From: Bacteroidales bacterium
GTDB lineage: Bacteria; Bacteroidota; Bacteroidia; Bacteroidales; VadinHA17
Assembly: GCA_009877105.1 (NCBI GenBank)
Contig: WXFD01000043.1
Span: forward strand, 55,602 to 119,601
Length of the DNA: 64,000 nt
Reading direction: 5' to 3'
The position numbers and the translations under genes are program-made. The notes below the pieces were generated by a model that saw only the letters and a list, made by a program, of their open reading frames with translations, was not told the DNA's origin and did not search any database. Shown piece after piece: positions 25,676 through 36,649 of this stretch. Positions within the stretch are counted from its first letter, which is position 1; every line of letters begins with the position of its first letter.

Positions 25676-27739
25676 TTACTGCAAAGGAATGACATTCCTC
25701 CTGCCCTGACCGGGTGACTGGTTCTTTCCCCTTGCCAGGTCAAGCCGGGTAACAAAGGCACCTGATCTTTTAACATGGTGGATCCTGACTCTGTCATGCA
25801 CACCTTTCTGTAGCTGCGGGGAAGTTAATGACCTGGTAAATATGATTGTATTTAACCTGTTGTTTGCGTTGATTGGCCTGTTGCTCCTGTCAGGGCCGGC
25901 GTAAATGATTACATAATCCGGGTCGGCTTTTTCCAGGATCCTGTTGTTGAGGTATCCCGACACCAGAATTCTGCACCTGCCAGCTTCGATAACTGAGTTT
26001 TCCCCCGGAAGTATTTCCTTCCTGATCTTAAGATTTTTCATGGCACAATGCCTTGAAACCTCATCAGGAACAACCTCGCAACTGCTGAAAATGTACATGC
26101 ATTTACCCGTTCTTATGCCAACAGCGTATGAACAGGAAGTGTTATATACGATCAACTCATTGGTTTTTCTTGCGGTGATATCCCCGTACGTGAGTGAAAT
26201 CATAAAAATCAGCAAAGCGATCAGGGGAGTGAACAGCGGTTTATTCTTATGATCAGACAGACTTTGGAAAAGAAGGAAAATGAAAACTGACAGGGCGAAA
26301 GCACTGAAAGTTCCCAGCCCTATGGGATCAATAGTTGAAAACGGAAGAGAAGCAGCCTGCCGGGTGAGCCCTTCGGTGATGCCGGTGAGTATTTCAAGAA
26401 ATCCGGCGAGAGGCCTGGATAGGAATTCCAGCGGATAGGTCAGCGGAACCAGGCAACCTGTGATTATCAGAATATTTGAGAGAGGTACTATTAAAAGATT
26501 TGTAATAATGAAGTAGGTTGGGAACCGGTTGAAAAGTGAAATTGTTAATGAAAGTGTCCCGGCCTGAGCAACAATCGTAACCACTACCGACTGCCAGATT
26601 TTGTCGGTCAGCCAGTTCTTTATGCTGAAAAGCCGGTATATACTTCCATAGAAGCATATTATGAAGATCACGGCAGAGTATGACAGCTGGAATCCGGCAT
26701 CGAATAGGACGGATGGTTTCCACAGGAGCTGGAAAAATGCCGATGCCAGAACTGAGTTCAGGTTATTGGCATTTCTCCCCAGCAGTTTGCCTGTCTGCAG
26801 GAAGGTATACATTATCGTTGCTCTCAGAACCGATGGTGTGAGGCCTGTAACAAATGCAAACGACCAAAGGAACAGCATCGTCAGGATTCTCCTTAAAAAA
26901 GTAAACCTGCCCCTGAGGAAAAACAGCAGGTGCTGGACAAACAAACTGAGTATCACCGCATGCAGGCCTGAAACAGCCATTATGTGCATTACCCCCGCCT
27001 TTATGAAATATTGTTTCTGTTCGCGGTCAAGAAGGTTTTTCTGACCAAGGGTTATTGCTGCCACCAGGGCGAGCCTGTCGCAGCAGATGCCGCGGCTCCT
27101 GTAAATGTCTATTATTTTTTCCCGTATTATGAGCGCCTTGTAAATTAATTTCCTTCTTTGCGGCGGAATATGAGATAGAACATCATTTTTATCAATAAAT
27201 GCCTGGAACCTGATCCCGTGATTTTCCAGGTAAAATTTGTAATCAAACTCGCATGGATTTCCCCTGTTCATTATTCTCTCCGGCCGGCATCGGATTAATA
27301 ATATATCACCGGGGAGAAGCTGTGATACTGCAGGATCCTTCCTGGCATGAACCAGGATTGAACCATGCACGGACCTGAATGAACCGCTGCTTGCCATCCC
27401 TTTCAGTTCCAGTACCATTCTTGTACTTTTTCCTTTCTCCTCGGGAAATTCTGAAAGAATACAAAGAAATTCATTTGTAACCTGTTCAAGATCGCTTATT
27501 CCTGCCTTTTCATGATTATAGAGTACCAGGCCTGTCACCAGAAGGGCAATGGACATGGCAAAGCCATATAGTGGATTGACAATCCGGCTATTGAAGAACA
27601 GGCTTGCTATGAAACCAGTGATAACGATAATTGTGAAAACACCCAGTAAGCCAGGTCCTGGAGTGAAGCAACGGCCTGAAATAATTCCCAAACAGAACGG
27701 CAGGCCGATACGCAGGAAAGGGATCTCTTTATTCAGCAC
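25676..27739 (-). CDS. comEC: ComEC/Rec2 family DNA internalisation channel protein
   Basis: 687 aa. It has an N-terminal DUF4131-like region and the competence-domain motifs HIMAVSGLH and GLTPSVLRA. No HxHxDH motif is present in the C-terminal part. Confidence 0.8.
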   Translation of the reverse strand: MLNKEIPFLRIGLPFCLGIISGRCFTPGPGLLGVFTIIVITGFIASLFFNSRIVNPLYGFAMSIALLVTGLVLYNHEKAGISDLEQVTNEFLCILSEFPEEKGKSTRMVLELKGMASSGSFRSVHGSILVHARKDPAVSQLLPGDILLIRCRPERIMNRGNPCEFDYKFYLENHGIRFQAFIDKNDVLSHIPPQRRKLIYKALIIREKIIDIYRSRGICCDRLALVAAITLGQKNLLDREQKQYFIKAGVMHIMAVSGLHAVILSLFVQHLLFFLRGRFTFLRRILTMLFLWSFAFVTGLTPSVLRATIMYTFLQTGKLLGRNANNLNSVLASAFFQLLWKPSVLFDAGFQLSYSAVIFIICFYGSIYRLFSIKNWLTDKIWQSVVVTIVAQAGTLSLTISLFNRFPTYFIITNLLIVPLSNILIITGCLVPLTYPLEFLSRPLAGFLEILTGITEGLTRQAASLPFSTIDPIGLGTFSAFALSVFIFLLFQSLSDHKNKPLFTPLIALLIFMISLTYGDITARKTNELIVYNTSCSYAVGIRTGKCMYIFSSCEVVPDEVSRHCAMKNLKIRKEILPGENSVIEAGRCRILVSGYLNNRILEKADPDYVIIYAGPDRSNRPINANNRLNTIIFTRSLTSPQLQKGVHDRVRIHHVKRSGAFVTRLDLARGKNQSPGQGRRNVIPLQ

Positions 27740-27848
27740 AGTCTGCAGCGATGAAGACTGAATAAAGATAGGAAAAAAGTTGCAGTTGAATTAAATTCCG
27801 TAAGACTAAAAATGCAATGGCATATTTACCCTGTAACCATTGCCGGGC

Positions 27849-28421
27849 CTAAGCCGTTTTTATTTTCTGACCGGGAAGTATTGTCTGATATGAAGCTTCA
27901 AATTTGCCTTTGGTTATGGCGTTGAGTTTACCTTTAAGGAGTCTTTTTCTCAGGGGGCTGACTTTGTCCGTGAACAATATCCCATCGAGATGATCATATT
28001 CATGCTGAATGATCCTGGCCCGGTAGCCCTCATGTATTTCATCATGATAATTCCAGTCCCTGTCATAATATTGTATCCTGATCCGGAACTCCCGGTTCAC
28101 TTCCTCCCTTATGTTTGGAATGCTCAGACATCCTTCACTCATAAGTTTAACATCGCCTGATTTTTCCACGATCCTTGCATTGATGAAAACCTGCCTGAAA
28201 TCAGCAAGTTCCGGTTCCTCCTCAGCAAGCGGGGTGGCATCAATAATAAATATTCGGATTGATTTTCCTATCTGTGGTGCAGCCAGACCCATCCCCTCGG
28301 ACCTGTACATTGTTTCAAACATGTCTGATATCAACTGGTCAAGGTCAGGGTAATCCTTCCCGATTTCTTCCGAAACCTTCCTTAGAACCGGATGTCCGTA
28401 TACTACAATCGGATAAACCAT
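27849..28421 (-). CDS. def: Peptide deformylase
   Basis: Motifs GMGLAAPQIG, EGCLSIP and HEYDHLDG are present. ATG at 28421 (the track start at 28427 is TTG). Confidence 0.93.
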   Translation of the reverse strand: MVYPIVVYGHPVLRKVSEEIGKDYPDLDQLISDMFETMYRSEGMGLAAPQIGKSIRIFIIDATPLAEEEPELADFRQVFINARIVEKSGDVKLMSEGCLSIPNIREEVNREFRIRIQYYDRDWNYHDEIHEGYRARIIQHEYDHLDGILFTDKVSPLRKRLLKGKLNAITKGKFEASYQTILPGQKIKTA

Positions 28422-28474
28422 CAGCAAATCGTTATTAATTCAGAGTTTTAATTCTTTCCAGGCGGATGGTCCTG

Positions 28475-28909
28475 TTACAATTCATCGCCTTTTACCTTAA
28501 TTTTTTTTTCAAGAAATGACTGAAGAATAATTGCAGCACTCAATTTGTCAATAATGCCCTTATTCATTCTGTCTTTTTTTTTCAGACCTCCGCCAATCAT
28601 GGCCTGGAAGGCCATCCGGGAGGTAAGCCTCTCATCGACACGGTGTACCGGTATTCCCGGATAAAGCTTCCCGAGTCTTCTGATAAACGGATCAACATAC
28701 CTCACAGTATCGCCGGGTTGATTGTTCATTTTCACCGGATATCCTACAACAAATGCATCGATGGATTGTTCTTTGAGGTATCCCGAAAGGTATTCCTCAA
28801 ATTCATGATTCGGGACAGTTGCCAGGGGTGATGCAAAAATATTTAGGGGATCGGTAACTGCCAAACCGATCCTTTTTGTTCCATAGTCTATTCCAAGCAG
28901 TCTGCCCAT
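28475..28909 (-). CDS. ruvX: Holliday junction resolvase-like nuclease RuvX (YqgF)
   Basis: The internal ATG at 28909 gives MGRLLGIDYGTKRIGLAV, the YqgF signature. 144 aa. Confidence 0.9.
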   Translation of the reverse strand: MGRLLGIDYGTKRIGLAVTDPLNIFASPLATVPNHEFEEYLSGYLKEQSIDAFVVGYPVKMNNQPGDTVRYVDPFIRRLGKLYPGIPVHRVDERLTSRMAFQAMIGGGLKKKDRMNKGIIDKLSAAIILQSFLEKKIKVKGDEL

Positions 28910-29161
28910 CTTTTTTGTTGTTGCAAAAGTACAAAGAAATCTGCGGAAGTGCAAAAACCAGAGGCTGAAGCTTAAAGGCCAGGAGCAAGAGCATACGGCA
29001 GAAGGACTGCCGGACAGTCAGGAATAGCCTGAAATCAGGCAAATGATGTACCGATATTCCCTTAACCGCGGTTATCTGGTTAACTTTGGTTTCCATGAAC
29101 CGGGGTAGTGAAACAGCGAAGGCTGAAGATACGGATCTCAGCGTTCCTGCGGGGCATTATT

Positions 29162-29196
29162 AAAAAAGGGTGTTTCATAGAACAAATGAAACACCC
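29162..29196 (-). terminator. Intrinsic terminator downstream of nifJ
   Basis: Minus strand: GGGTGTTTCAT-TTGTTCT-ATGAAACACCC 11-bp hairpin followed by TTTTTT, 12 nt after the PFOR stop. Confidence 0.75.
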
Positions 29197-29207
29197 TTCC
29201 TTATTTT

Positions 29208-32200
29208 TTACCCTGCAGTTTGCTGCACTGCCGGTTCATATACCATGGAAGCAAGTCGCTTGTATGAATTATACCTCCATTTTGAATTCTCTTCGGCAGC
29301 CTTGAACAATATCTCTGCCTGCTCGGGGAAGGATTTGATAAGGGAGGTGTACCGGACTTCCGAACGGAGGAAATCCTGGAACTTGGTCCAGTCTGGCTCC
29401 TTGGAATCGAGTGTAAACGGATTCTTTCCGTCTTTTTCAAGAAGCGGGTTGTATCTGTAAAGATGCCAGTAACCGGCTTTAACAGCATTTTCCTGCTGGG
29501 CCTGGGTCTTGCCCATGCCTTCCCGTAATCCGTGATTGATACACGGTGAGTAGGCAATAATAAGTGAAGGGCCGGGGTAAGCTTCTGCTTCCTTTATTGC
29601 CTTCAGGAACTGGTTGTTGTTGGCTCCCATTGCCACCTGGGCAACATAAACGTAACCATAGGTCATTGCCATTTGTCCGAGGTCCTTTTTGCGGATCTTT
29701 TTTCCTGAAGCCGCAAACTTGGCAACAGCTCCTGCAGGGGTTGATTTTGATGCCTGGCCGCCTGTGTTGGAATAAACCTCAGTATCAAGTACCAGGATAT
29801 TTACATCTTCCCCTGATGCAAGCACGTGGTCGAGGCCGCCGTAACCAATATCATATGCCCAGCCATCGCCACCGAAAATCCAGTGCGATTTCTTGACGAG
29901 ATACTGCTTGATGCTCAATATCTCCCTTGCAACATCTGATGTGTCATTCTCAAGGGCTTCAATGACCTTCTCGGAAGCTTTTCTGGAAGGTTCAGCAAGA
30001 TCCTTGTCTCTCAGCCAGTCTTCAAAAGCGGCCTTGGTTTCTGGTTTCAGCCCGTTTGTCATTGACTCATTCATAAGGCGGGCAATCCGTTCCCTGAGCT
30101 GGTTTGCACCAAGGAAGAGCCCGTATCCGAACTCGGCATTGTCTTCGAAAAGAGAATTTGCCCATGAAGGTCCGTGTCCCTTCTGATTGAAGGTATACGG
30201 TGTTGACGGAGCCGATCCGCCATAAATTGAGGAACATCCGGTTGCGTTTGATATAATCATCCTGTCGCCGAACAGCTGAGTAATAGCTTTAATGTAAGGT
30301 GTTTCACCACATCCTGCACAGGCACCCGAAAACTCGAACAAAGGCTGGGCAAACTGGCTGTTCTTTACATTCAGGAATTTGTCAACAATATTATCCTTGT
30401 AACCTACCTCTTCATGCATATAGGTCCATCGTGGTGCTTCATCAAGCTGAGTTTCCAGGGGTTTCATTATCAGAGCCTTTTTCTTTGAGGGGCAGATATC
30501 GGCACAGTTACCGCATCCGGTGCAATCGTAAACACTGACCTGGATCCTGAATTTGTATTGCTTGAGAACGCCGGGAATACCCTGGATGAATGTGCTTCCT
30601 TCAGGTGCATTGGCTGCTTCCTCCTCTGTTAGAAGGAAGGGACGTATTGCAGCATGAGGACAGACATATGAACACTGGTTGCACTGGATGCATTCTTCGG
30701 CCTGCCATTCGGGCACGTTTACTGCAATCCCGCGCTTCTCATAAGCAGTTGTTCCTGCTGGGAAGGTACCATCTTCACGCCCGATAAAAGCACTAACCGG
30801 CAGATCGTCACCTTTCATTGCATTTATTGGCTCCATGACTTCGCGGATGAATGCGGGAATGTTCCGATGGTCGTCTGCAGGCTTAATTTCGATTTTTGCC
30901 CATTCTGCCGGGATCTCTACTTTTGTTACCTTGCTTCCCATGTCGATCGCGGCATAGTTCATATTTACAACATCTTCGCCTTTCCTGCCGTAAGTTTTAT
31001 ATACCGCCGTTTTCATTTCCGATTCAGCCTTCTCATAGGGAATCACATTTGCCACCTTGAAGAATGCAGCCTGCATAATTGTATTGGTTCGGGTTCCCAG
31101 GCCGATATCTTCAGCAATTTTGGTTGCATTGATGATGTAAAAGTTGATGTTGTTTTCAGCCATGTACTTCTTCATGTGATCGGGAAGCTTGTTTTTCGTT
31201 TCCTCGACATCCCAGATGGAGTTAAGCAGGAATGTGCCGTTCTTTTTAAGTCCCTTGAGCATATCATATTTTTCGAGGTATGAGGGAACATGGCATGCAA
31301 CAAAATCAGGAGTATTCACAAGATATGGCGAACGAATGGGTTTATCGCCAAAGCGCAGGTGTGACGTTGTTATGCCGCCTGATTTTTTTGAGTCGTAGGC
31401 AAAGTAAGCCTGACAGAATTTATTGGTGGTGTCTCCTATGATTTTTATTGAGTTTTTGTTTGCACCAACCGTTCCATCCGATCCAAGTCCGTAAAATTTT
31501 GCAGAGTAGGTTCCGGGAAGTGCCACATTGATCTCAGGGAGCATTGGTAGGGATTTGAAGGTAACATCATCGACAATGCCAACCGTGAAGTTATTTTGAG
31601 GCTTGTCAAGCTTCATGTTTTCAAAAACGGAAAGAATCTGTGCCGGTGTGGTATCCTTTGAACTTAATCCGTAGCGACCGCCGACAATCAGGGGCCTTTC
31701 AGCCCTTTCATAGAACATATCCTTGATATCAAGGTAAAGGGGTTCTCCGGGTGCGCCTGGCTCTTTGGTCCTGTCAAGTACTGTTATTTTCTTAACAGAA
31801 CCCGGAAATACATTAAAGAAATATTTATGGGAGAAGGGACGATAGAGATGTACGCTTATCAGGCCGACCTTTTCGCCCTTTGCCCTGAGATAATCAATGA
31901 CTTCCTTTGTTGTATCGGTTACCGAACCCATGGCAATGATAATATTTTCAGCCTCCGGATCACCATAATAAGTAAATGGTTTGTACTCCCTGCCCGTAAG
32001 TTTTGATATTTCCTTCATGTATCCGTTAACAATATCGGCCACAGGCTCATAAAACCTGTTTATTGCCTCTTTTGCCTGGAAGAAGATATCCGGATTCTGG
32101 GCAGTTCCCCGGGTAACCGGGTGCTCCGGATTCATGGCATTGTCGCGGAATCTTTTAAGCGCCTCCCAGTCAAGTAGTTTTTTCATATCCTCCATTTCGA

Positions 32201-32759
32201 TCATCTCGATCTTCTGAATTTCGGCTGAGGAACGGAATCCGTCGAAGAAATGAAGGAATGGAATTCTGGATTTGATTGCAGAAAGGTGGGCCACACCTGC
32301 AAGGTCCATTATTTCCTGGACGCTGCCGCTGGCCAGTAATGCAAATCCTGTCTGCCTGGTGGCATAAATGTCACTATGATCGCCAAATATTGAGAGAGCA
32401 TGAGCAGCTATGGTTCTGGCACTTACATGAAAGACACCCGGAAGAAGCTCCGCGGCTATCTTGTACATGTTCGGGATCATTAAAAGTAATCCCTGTGAGG
32501 CTGTGAATGTAGAGCATAGGGCTCCTGTCTGAAGCGCCCCGTGAACTGCACCCGCAGCTCCCCCTTCCGATTGCATCTCAACGACCTTTACCTCTTCACC
32601 AAAGATGTTCTTCAATCCGTTTGCGGCCCATTCATCCACATATTCTGCCATTGTTGAGGACGGGGTGATAGGGTAGATGCAGGCAACCTCACTGAACATA
32701 TAAGCGACATGCGATGCAGCCTGATTACCATCGCATGTTATAAATTTTTTCGTTCCCAT
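29208..32759 (-). CDS. nifJ: Pyruvate:ferredoxin (flavodoxin) oxidoreductase
   Basis: The internal ATG at 32759 (MGTKKFITCDGNQAASHVAY) gives 1183 aa. There are two 4Fe-4S ferredoxin motifs (CIQCNQCSYVCP, CTGCGNCADICP) and the TPP-binding region GGDGWAYDIGYGGLDH. Confidence 0.95.
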   Translation of the reverse strand: MGTKKFITCDGNQAASHVAYMFSEVACIYPITPSSTMAEYVDEWAANGLKNIFGEEVKVVEMQSEGGAAGAVHGALQTGALCSTFTASQGLLLMIPNMYKIAAELLPGVFHVSARTIAAHALSIFGDHSDIYATRQTGFALLASGSVQEIMDLAGVAHLSAIKSRIPFLHFFDGFRSSAEIQKIEMIEMEDMKKLLDWEALKRFRDNAMNPEHPVTRGTAQNPDIFFQAKEAINRFYEPVADIVNGYMKEISKLTGREYKPFTYYGDPEAENIIIAMGSVTDTTKEVIDYLRAKGEKVGLISVHLYRPFSHKYFFNVFPGSVKKITVLDRTKEPGAPGEPLYLDIKDMFYERAERPLIVGGRYGLSSKDTTPAQILSVFENMKLDKPQNNFTVGIVDDVTFKSLPMLPEINVALPGTYSAKFYGLGSDGTVGANKNSIKIIGDTTNKFCQAYFAYDSKKSGGITTSHLRFGDKPIRSPYLVNTPDFVACHVPSYLEKYDMLKGLKKNGTFLLNSIWDVEETKNKLPDHMKKYMAENNINFYIINATKIAEDIGLGTRTNTIMQAAFFKVANVIPYEKAESEMKTAVYKTYGRKGEDVVNMNYAAIDMGSKVTKVEIPAEWAKIEIKPADDHRNIPAFIREVMEPINAMKGDDLPVSAFIGREDGTFPAGTTAYEKRGIAVNVPEWQAEECIQCNQCSYVCPHAAIRPFLLTEEEAANAPEGSTFIQGIPGVLKQYKFRIQVSVYDCTGCGNCADICPSKKKALIMKPLETQLDEAPRWTYMHEEVGYKDNIVDKFLNVKNSQFAQPLFEFSGACAGCGETPYIKAITQLFGDRMIISNATGCSSIYGGSAPSTPYTFNQKGHGPSWANSLFEDNAEFGYGLFLGANQLRERIARLMNESMTNGLKPETKAAFEDWLRDKDLAEPSRKASEKVIEALENDTSDVAREILSIKQYLVKKSHWIFGGDGWAYDIGYGGLDHVLASGEDVNILVLDTEVYSNTGGQASKSTPAGAVAKFAASGKKIRKKDLGQMAMTYGYVYVAQVAMGANNNQFLKAIKEAEAYPGPSLIIAYSPCINHGLREGMGKTQAQQENAVKAGYWHLYRYNPLLEKDGKNPFTLDSKEPDWTKFQDFLRSEVRYTSLIKSFPEQAEILFKAAEENSKWRYNSYKRLASMVYEPAVQQTAG

Positions 32760-32834
32760 GTTAAATAGTTTAGATAATATAATAGTTGCAAATGAATTTT
32801 TAAAGAAAACGCAAAGATACAAAAAAAATGTTCC

Positions 32835-34625
32835 TTAACTGCCATTCATTGAGATCAGGAATTCTTCATTTGATTTTGTTTGCATAAGCCTGTCCCTCAG
32901 GAACTCCATTGCCTCGACAGCATTCATGTCGGTGAGAAAATTGCGGAGCACCCAGATTTTCTGCAGGATATTTTTGTTTATAAGGAGATCTTCACGCCGC
33001 GTGCTTGATGCCGGAATATCTATTGAAGGGAATATTCGCCTGTTGGAAAGTTTTCTGTCAAGCTGCAGTTCCATATTACCGGTACCCTTGAACTCTTCAA
33101 AGATAACATCATCCATCTTTGAACCGGTTTCTGTAAGGGCGGTTGCGATAATGGTAAGTGAGCCTCCGTTCTCGATATTCCGGGCAGCTCCGAAGAACCG
33201 TTTTGGCTTGTGCAATGCATTGGAATCAACCCCTCCTGACAGTACTTTCCCCGAAGCCGGGGCAGTAGTGTTGAATGCTCTTGCAAGCCTGGTAATGGAA
33301 TCGAGTAGTATCACCACGTCATGTTTGCATTCGACAAGACGTTTGGCCTTTTCAAGGACTATGTTTGCAATTCTGCAGTGCCGCTCTGCCGGTTCGTCGA
33401 ATGTTGAAGCAATAACCTCTGCCTTTACATTGCGGGCCATATCCGTTACCTCCTCCGGCCTTTCATCAATAAGTAATATCATCAGGTACACGTCGGGGTG
33501 ATATTTGGCAATGGCATTTGCAATTTCCTGTAGCAATATTGTCTTACCTGTTTTTGGCTGTGCAACAATTAGTCCGCGCTGACCTTTCCCTATCGGGGCA
33601 AACATGTCAATAACCCTGACAGACAGGGATCCTTCACCGGGTGCACACAGGGTGAATTTTTCGTTAGGGAAAAGCGGAGTAAGAAAATCAAATGGTACCC
33701 GGTCGCGGATAAAGTCATGACTTCTTCCGTTTATCTCGTCAACCTTGATGAGGGGAAAATACTTCTCTCCTTCTTTGGGAGGACGGATGGATCCTTTAAT
33801 CGTATCGCCCGTTTTCAGTCCGAAAAGCTTGATCTGTGACTGTGACACATAAATATCGTCGGGGGAATTGAGATAATTGTAATCAGGCGATCTCAGGAAA
33901 CCATAACCGTCGGGCATTATTTCAAGTACCCCGGTGTTGTATATTATTCCTTCAAATTCATATGGTTTTTCCTTTTTTTCCTCCTTCGAAGGTTGTTCAT
34001 GGGACACATCACTCTGAATCTGTTCGGTAATGGGCTCGCTCTGAATCAGGTCCGCCGATGATTCGGGTTGTTCAAACAAGGTGTCATCCAGATCCAGTGG
34101 AAGTGTTGCCTCAACTATCGTTTCGTCGGCGACGGGCTCCCTTTTCAGGGGCCTGTTTTCGGCAAGCCTTTTGTTGCTTTCCCTCTTATCTCCGTTCCGT
34201 TTGTCGTTTTTCCATACAGGAATTCTTGAATCTCCCTTTGTTTTCTCAGGTTTAGCTTCCTGTGATTCGGACCTGTGAACAGGTTCTGCACGCTCGGTAT
34301 CCTTTATTTCACCTTTCTGAAGATCGTCAGGTGAAACGGACATTACTGATTCAACAGAACGGACAAAAGCGGGCTTGACCGTTCTTGGTCTCTTACCCCT
34401 TCTCTGACCAGGTTCGCCATGCCTCACTTCCGGCACTTCCGGTTTAATGTCTTCATCAGGTTCAGGGGCTTTCCGGCCCTGGGTCGCTTCAATTGCCTGC
34501 TGCCCCAGAATCTTATATATAAGATCCTGTTTTTTGAGTGATTCGATTCTTTTTATTTTAAGCTCCCTGGCAATATCCCTTAATTCGGGAAGAAGCTTGT
34601 TACTTAACTCGAGAATGTCGTACAT
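32835..34625 (-). CDS. rho: Transcription termination factor Rho with long N-terminal insertion
   Basis: ATG at 34625 ([24 protein letters not shown], Rho_N). The cold-shock-like RNA-binding domain ([14 protein letters not shown]), Walker A (AQPKTGKT) and LIDERPEEV are present. About 174 charged residues are inserted between the N-terminal helix bundle and the RNA-binding domain. Confidence 0.95.
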   Translation of the reverse strand: MYDILELSNKLLPELRDIARELKIKRIESLKKQDLIYKILGQQAIEATQGRKAPEPDEDIKPEVPEVRHGEPGQRRGKRPRTVKPAFVRSVESVMSVSPDDLQKGEIKDTERAEPVHRSESQEAKPEKTKGDSRIPVWKNDKRNGDKRESNKRLAENRPLKREPVADETIVEATLPLDLDDTLFEQPESSADLIQSEPITEQIQSDVSHEQPSKEEKKEKPYEFEGIIYNTGVLEIMPDGYGFLRSPDYNYLNSPDDIYVSQSQIKLFGLKTGDTIKGSIRPPKEGEKYFPLIKVDEINGRSHDFIRDRVPFDFLTPLFPNEKFTLCAPGEGSLSVRVIDMFAPIGKGQRGLIVAQPKTGKTILLQEIANAIAKYHPDVYLMILLIDERPEEVTDMARNVKAEVIASTFDEPAERHCRIANIVLEKAKRLVECKHDVVILLDSITRLARAFNTTAPASGKVLSGGVDSNALHKPKRFFGAARNIENGGSLTIIATALTETGSKMDDVIFEEFKGTGNMELQLDRKLSNRRIFPSIDIPASSTRREDLLINKNILQKIWVLRNFLTDMNAVEAMEFLRDRLMQTKSNEEFLISMNGS

Positions 34626-34988
34626 GATATCACAATAAAGATAAAGATGCTGAGATTGTATTGGTTTATGTTGGAAAACCGGACCAAGAAATGCAGATGA
34701 ACCGGCGAGACTATGCCACAAATATCCTTAAATTGTGACATATCTTAAAACCGACGCAATATTAAACAAAATTAATAATATATTAAGTTAAATATTCAAA
34801 AAAGAGAGAAATTCCCGGCGATTATTACCAGGCAAAGCGAAGCAAGAAAAAAATGTTCAATGCCTGCAATTTAGAATAAATAAACGAAGTTACAAATAAA
34901 AAAATTGTATAAATGGAATTCTGAATTATTTTTATTAAAATTGTAGCCGAGCCGATATCATGTAAATTTTAACTAATCCGACCTGTTA

Positions 34989-35852
34989 ATGCGTCAGTTG
35001 AAAATTACCAAACAGGTTACAAACAGGGATACGCCCTCTCTTGACAAGTATTTGCAGGAGATAGGAAGAGTGGATCTCATATCACCTGAGGATGAGGTAA
35101 TCCTTGCCAGGAAGATAAAAGCAGGTGATTCGGAAGCCCTGGGGAAACTTGTTAAAGCCAATCTCAGATTTGTGGTTTCGGTGGCTAAGCAATACCAGAA
35201 CCAGGGAATGGGTCTTCCCGACCTCATCAACGAGGGCAATCTCGGGCTTATGAAAGCTGCTCAGCGATTCGACGAAACCAGGGGGTTCAAATTTATTTCA
35301 TACGCAGTATGGTGGATACGGCAGGCAATTCTCCAGGCACTGGCAGAACAGGCAAGGATAGTGCGTTTGCCGGTGAACAAGATCGGATCCATAAACCGGA
35401 TAAACAGGGCCTTTGCCAGGCTTGAACAGAAATATGAACGTGAGCCCTCCTCCCAGGAGATTGCCGAAGTTCTTGAAATGATACCGGAAGATGTTAAGGA
35501 AGCCCTGAGAACCAACGGAAGGACACTGAGCATGGATGCTCCTATCAGTTCGGAAGAGGAGAATACCATGTATGATGTGATGCAAAATCCCGATACACCT
35601 ACCCCGGATAAGAACCTGATCAATGAATCCCTTGCATACGAGATAGAACGCGCATTAAGTTCATTGTCACCCAGGGAATCAAAAGTGCTTAAACTCTATT
35701 TTGGACTGGGAATGAAACATCCCTATACCCTTGAGGAGATAGGGGAGGAACTCAATCTTACACGCGAAAGGGTGAGACAGATCAAGGAAAAAGCTATCAG
35801 GAGAATTCAGTTCACTGCCAGATGCAAAATCCTGAAATCTTATCTGGGATAA
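34989..35852 (+). CDS. rpoD: Primary RNA polymerase sigma factor (sigma-70 family, short Bacteroidota type)
   Basis: 287 aa. It has region 2 ([28 protein letters not shown]) and region 4 ([23 protein letters not shown]). Confidence 0.93.
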   Translation: MRQLKITKQVTNRDTPSLDKYLQEIGRVDLISPEDEVILARKIKAGDSEALGKLVKANLRFVVSVAKQYQNQGMGLPDLINEGNLGLMKAAQRFDETRGFKFISYAVWWIRQAILQALAEQARIVRLPVNKIGSINRINRAFARLEQKYEREPSSQEIAEVLEMIPEDVKEALRTNGRTLSMDAPISSEEENTMYDVMQNPDTPTPDKNLINESLAYEIERALSSLSPRESKVLKLYFGLGMKHPYTLEEIGEELNLTRERVRQIKEKAIRRIQFTARCKILKSYLG

Positions 35853-35887
35853 TCAATTGTTGAAATATCAAGACCAGTACTTAAAAC

Positions 35888-36541
35888 ATGAAACATCTTG
35901 TTTCACCATCATTATTGGCTTCCGATTTCCTGAACCTTGGCAGGGAGGTAAAAATGATCAACTCCAGTGTGGCCGACTGGATACATCTGGATATTATGGA
36001 CGGGGTTTTCGTTCCGAATATCTCATTCGGATTTCCGGTACTCGAACATGTCAGGGAGGTTGCTCAAAAGCCCCTGGATGTTCATCTTATGATAACGGAC
36101 CCCGACAGGTATATTACAAGATTCTGTGAATCAGGGGCCGGTATCCTTACGGTTCAGTATGAAGCCTGTACACACCTGCAAAGAACCGTTACCGAAATCA
36201 GAAATCATGGTGCGAAAGCAGGGGTTGCAGTCAATCCGCATACCCCGGTCATTCTTTTAAAGAATATCCTTCCCTATGTTGATATGGTACTGATTATGAC
36301 CGTAAACCCGGGATTCGGGGGTCAGGCTTTTATTTCGGAAAGCTACGGCAAGATCAGGGAGCTAAGAGCCATAATAGACAGTGGCGGGCATAATGTGATG
36401 ATTCAGGCTGACGGAGGTATTGACACAACCAATGCAGCACAGCTTGTGGAGGCCGGAGTTGATGTTCTGGTTGCAGGCAGTTCCATATTCAGTTCTGAAA
36501 ACCCGTTGCTGACCATCCGAAACCTGAAAGAATTTGCATAA
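35888..36541 (+). CDS. rpe: Ribulose-phosphate 3-epimerase
   Basis: 217 aa with motifs SLLASDF, HLDIMDG, VNPGFGGQ and DGG. Confidence 0.93.
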   Translation: MKHLVSPSLLASDFLNLGREVKMINSSVADWIHLDIMDGVFVPNISFGFPVLEHVREVAQKPLDVHLMITDPDRYITRFCESGAGILTVQYEACTHLQRTVTEIRNHGAKAGVAVNPHTPVILLKNILPYVDMVLIMTVNPGFGGQAFISESYGKIRELRAIIDSGGHNVMIQADGGIDTTNAAQLVEAGVDVLVAGSSIFSSENPLLTIRNLKEFA

Positions 36542-36649
36542 CAGGCTTCTGTGAATTTCCGGGCTGCAGATAACTCCAGCAGATGTGAATTCTTTACAGC
36601 AAAACCGGTTCCGGAGCAGCTTTAGTGTTACCGTACACCCGCACCAGCA

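Noticed and set aside
28955-29160. ~200-nt non-coding stretch between the nifJ terminator and ruvX with GGCTGAAG occurring twice, plus a 97-aa ORF (28803-29096, minus)
   Set aside because: The repeat is only 8 nt. The ORF overlaps ruvX out of frame and has no start context. The stretch is most simply the ruvX-def promoter region.
32926-33501. 191-aa plus-strand ORF antisense to rho
   Set aside because: It lies inside the highly conserved Rho ATPase domain on the opposite strand. The Ser-rich translation is typical of an antisense artefact.
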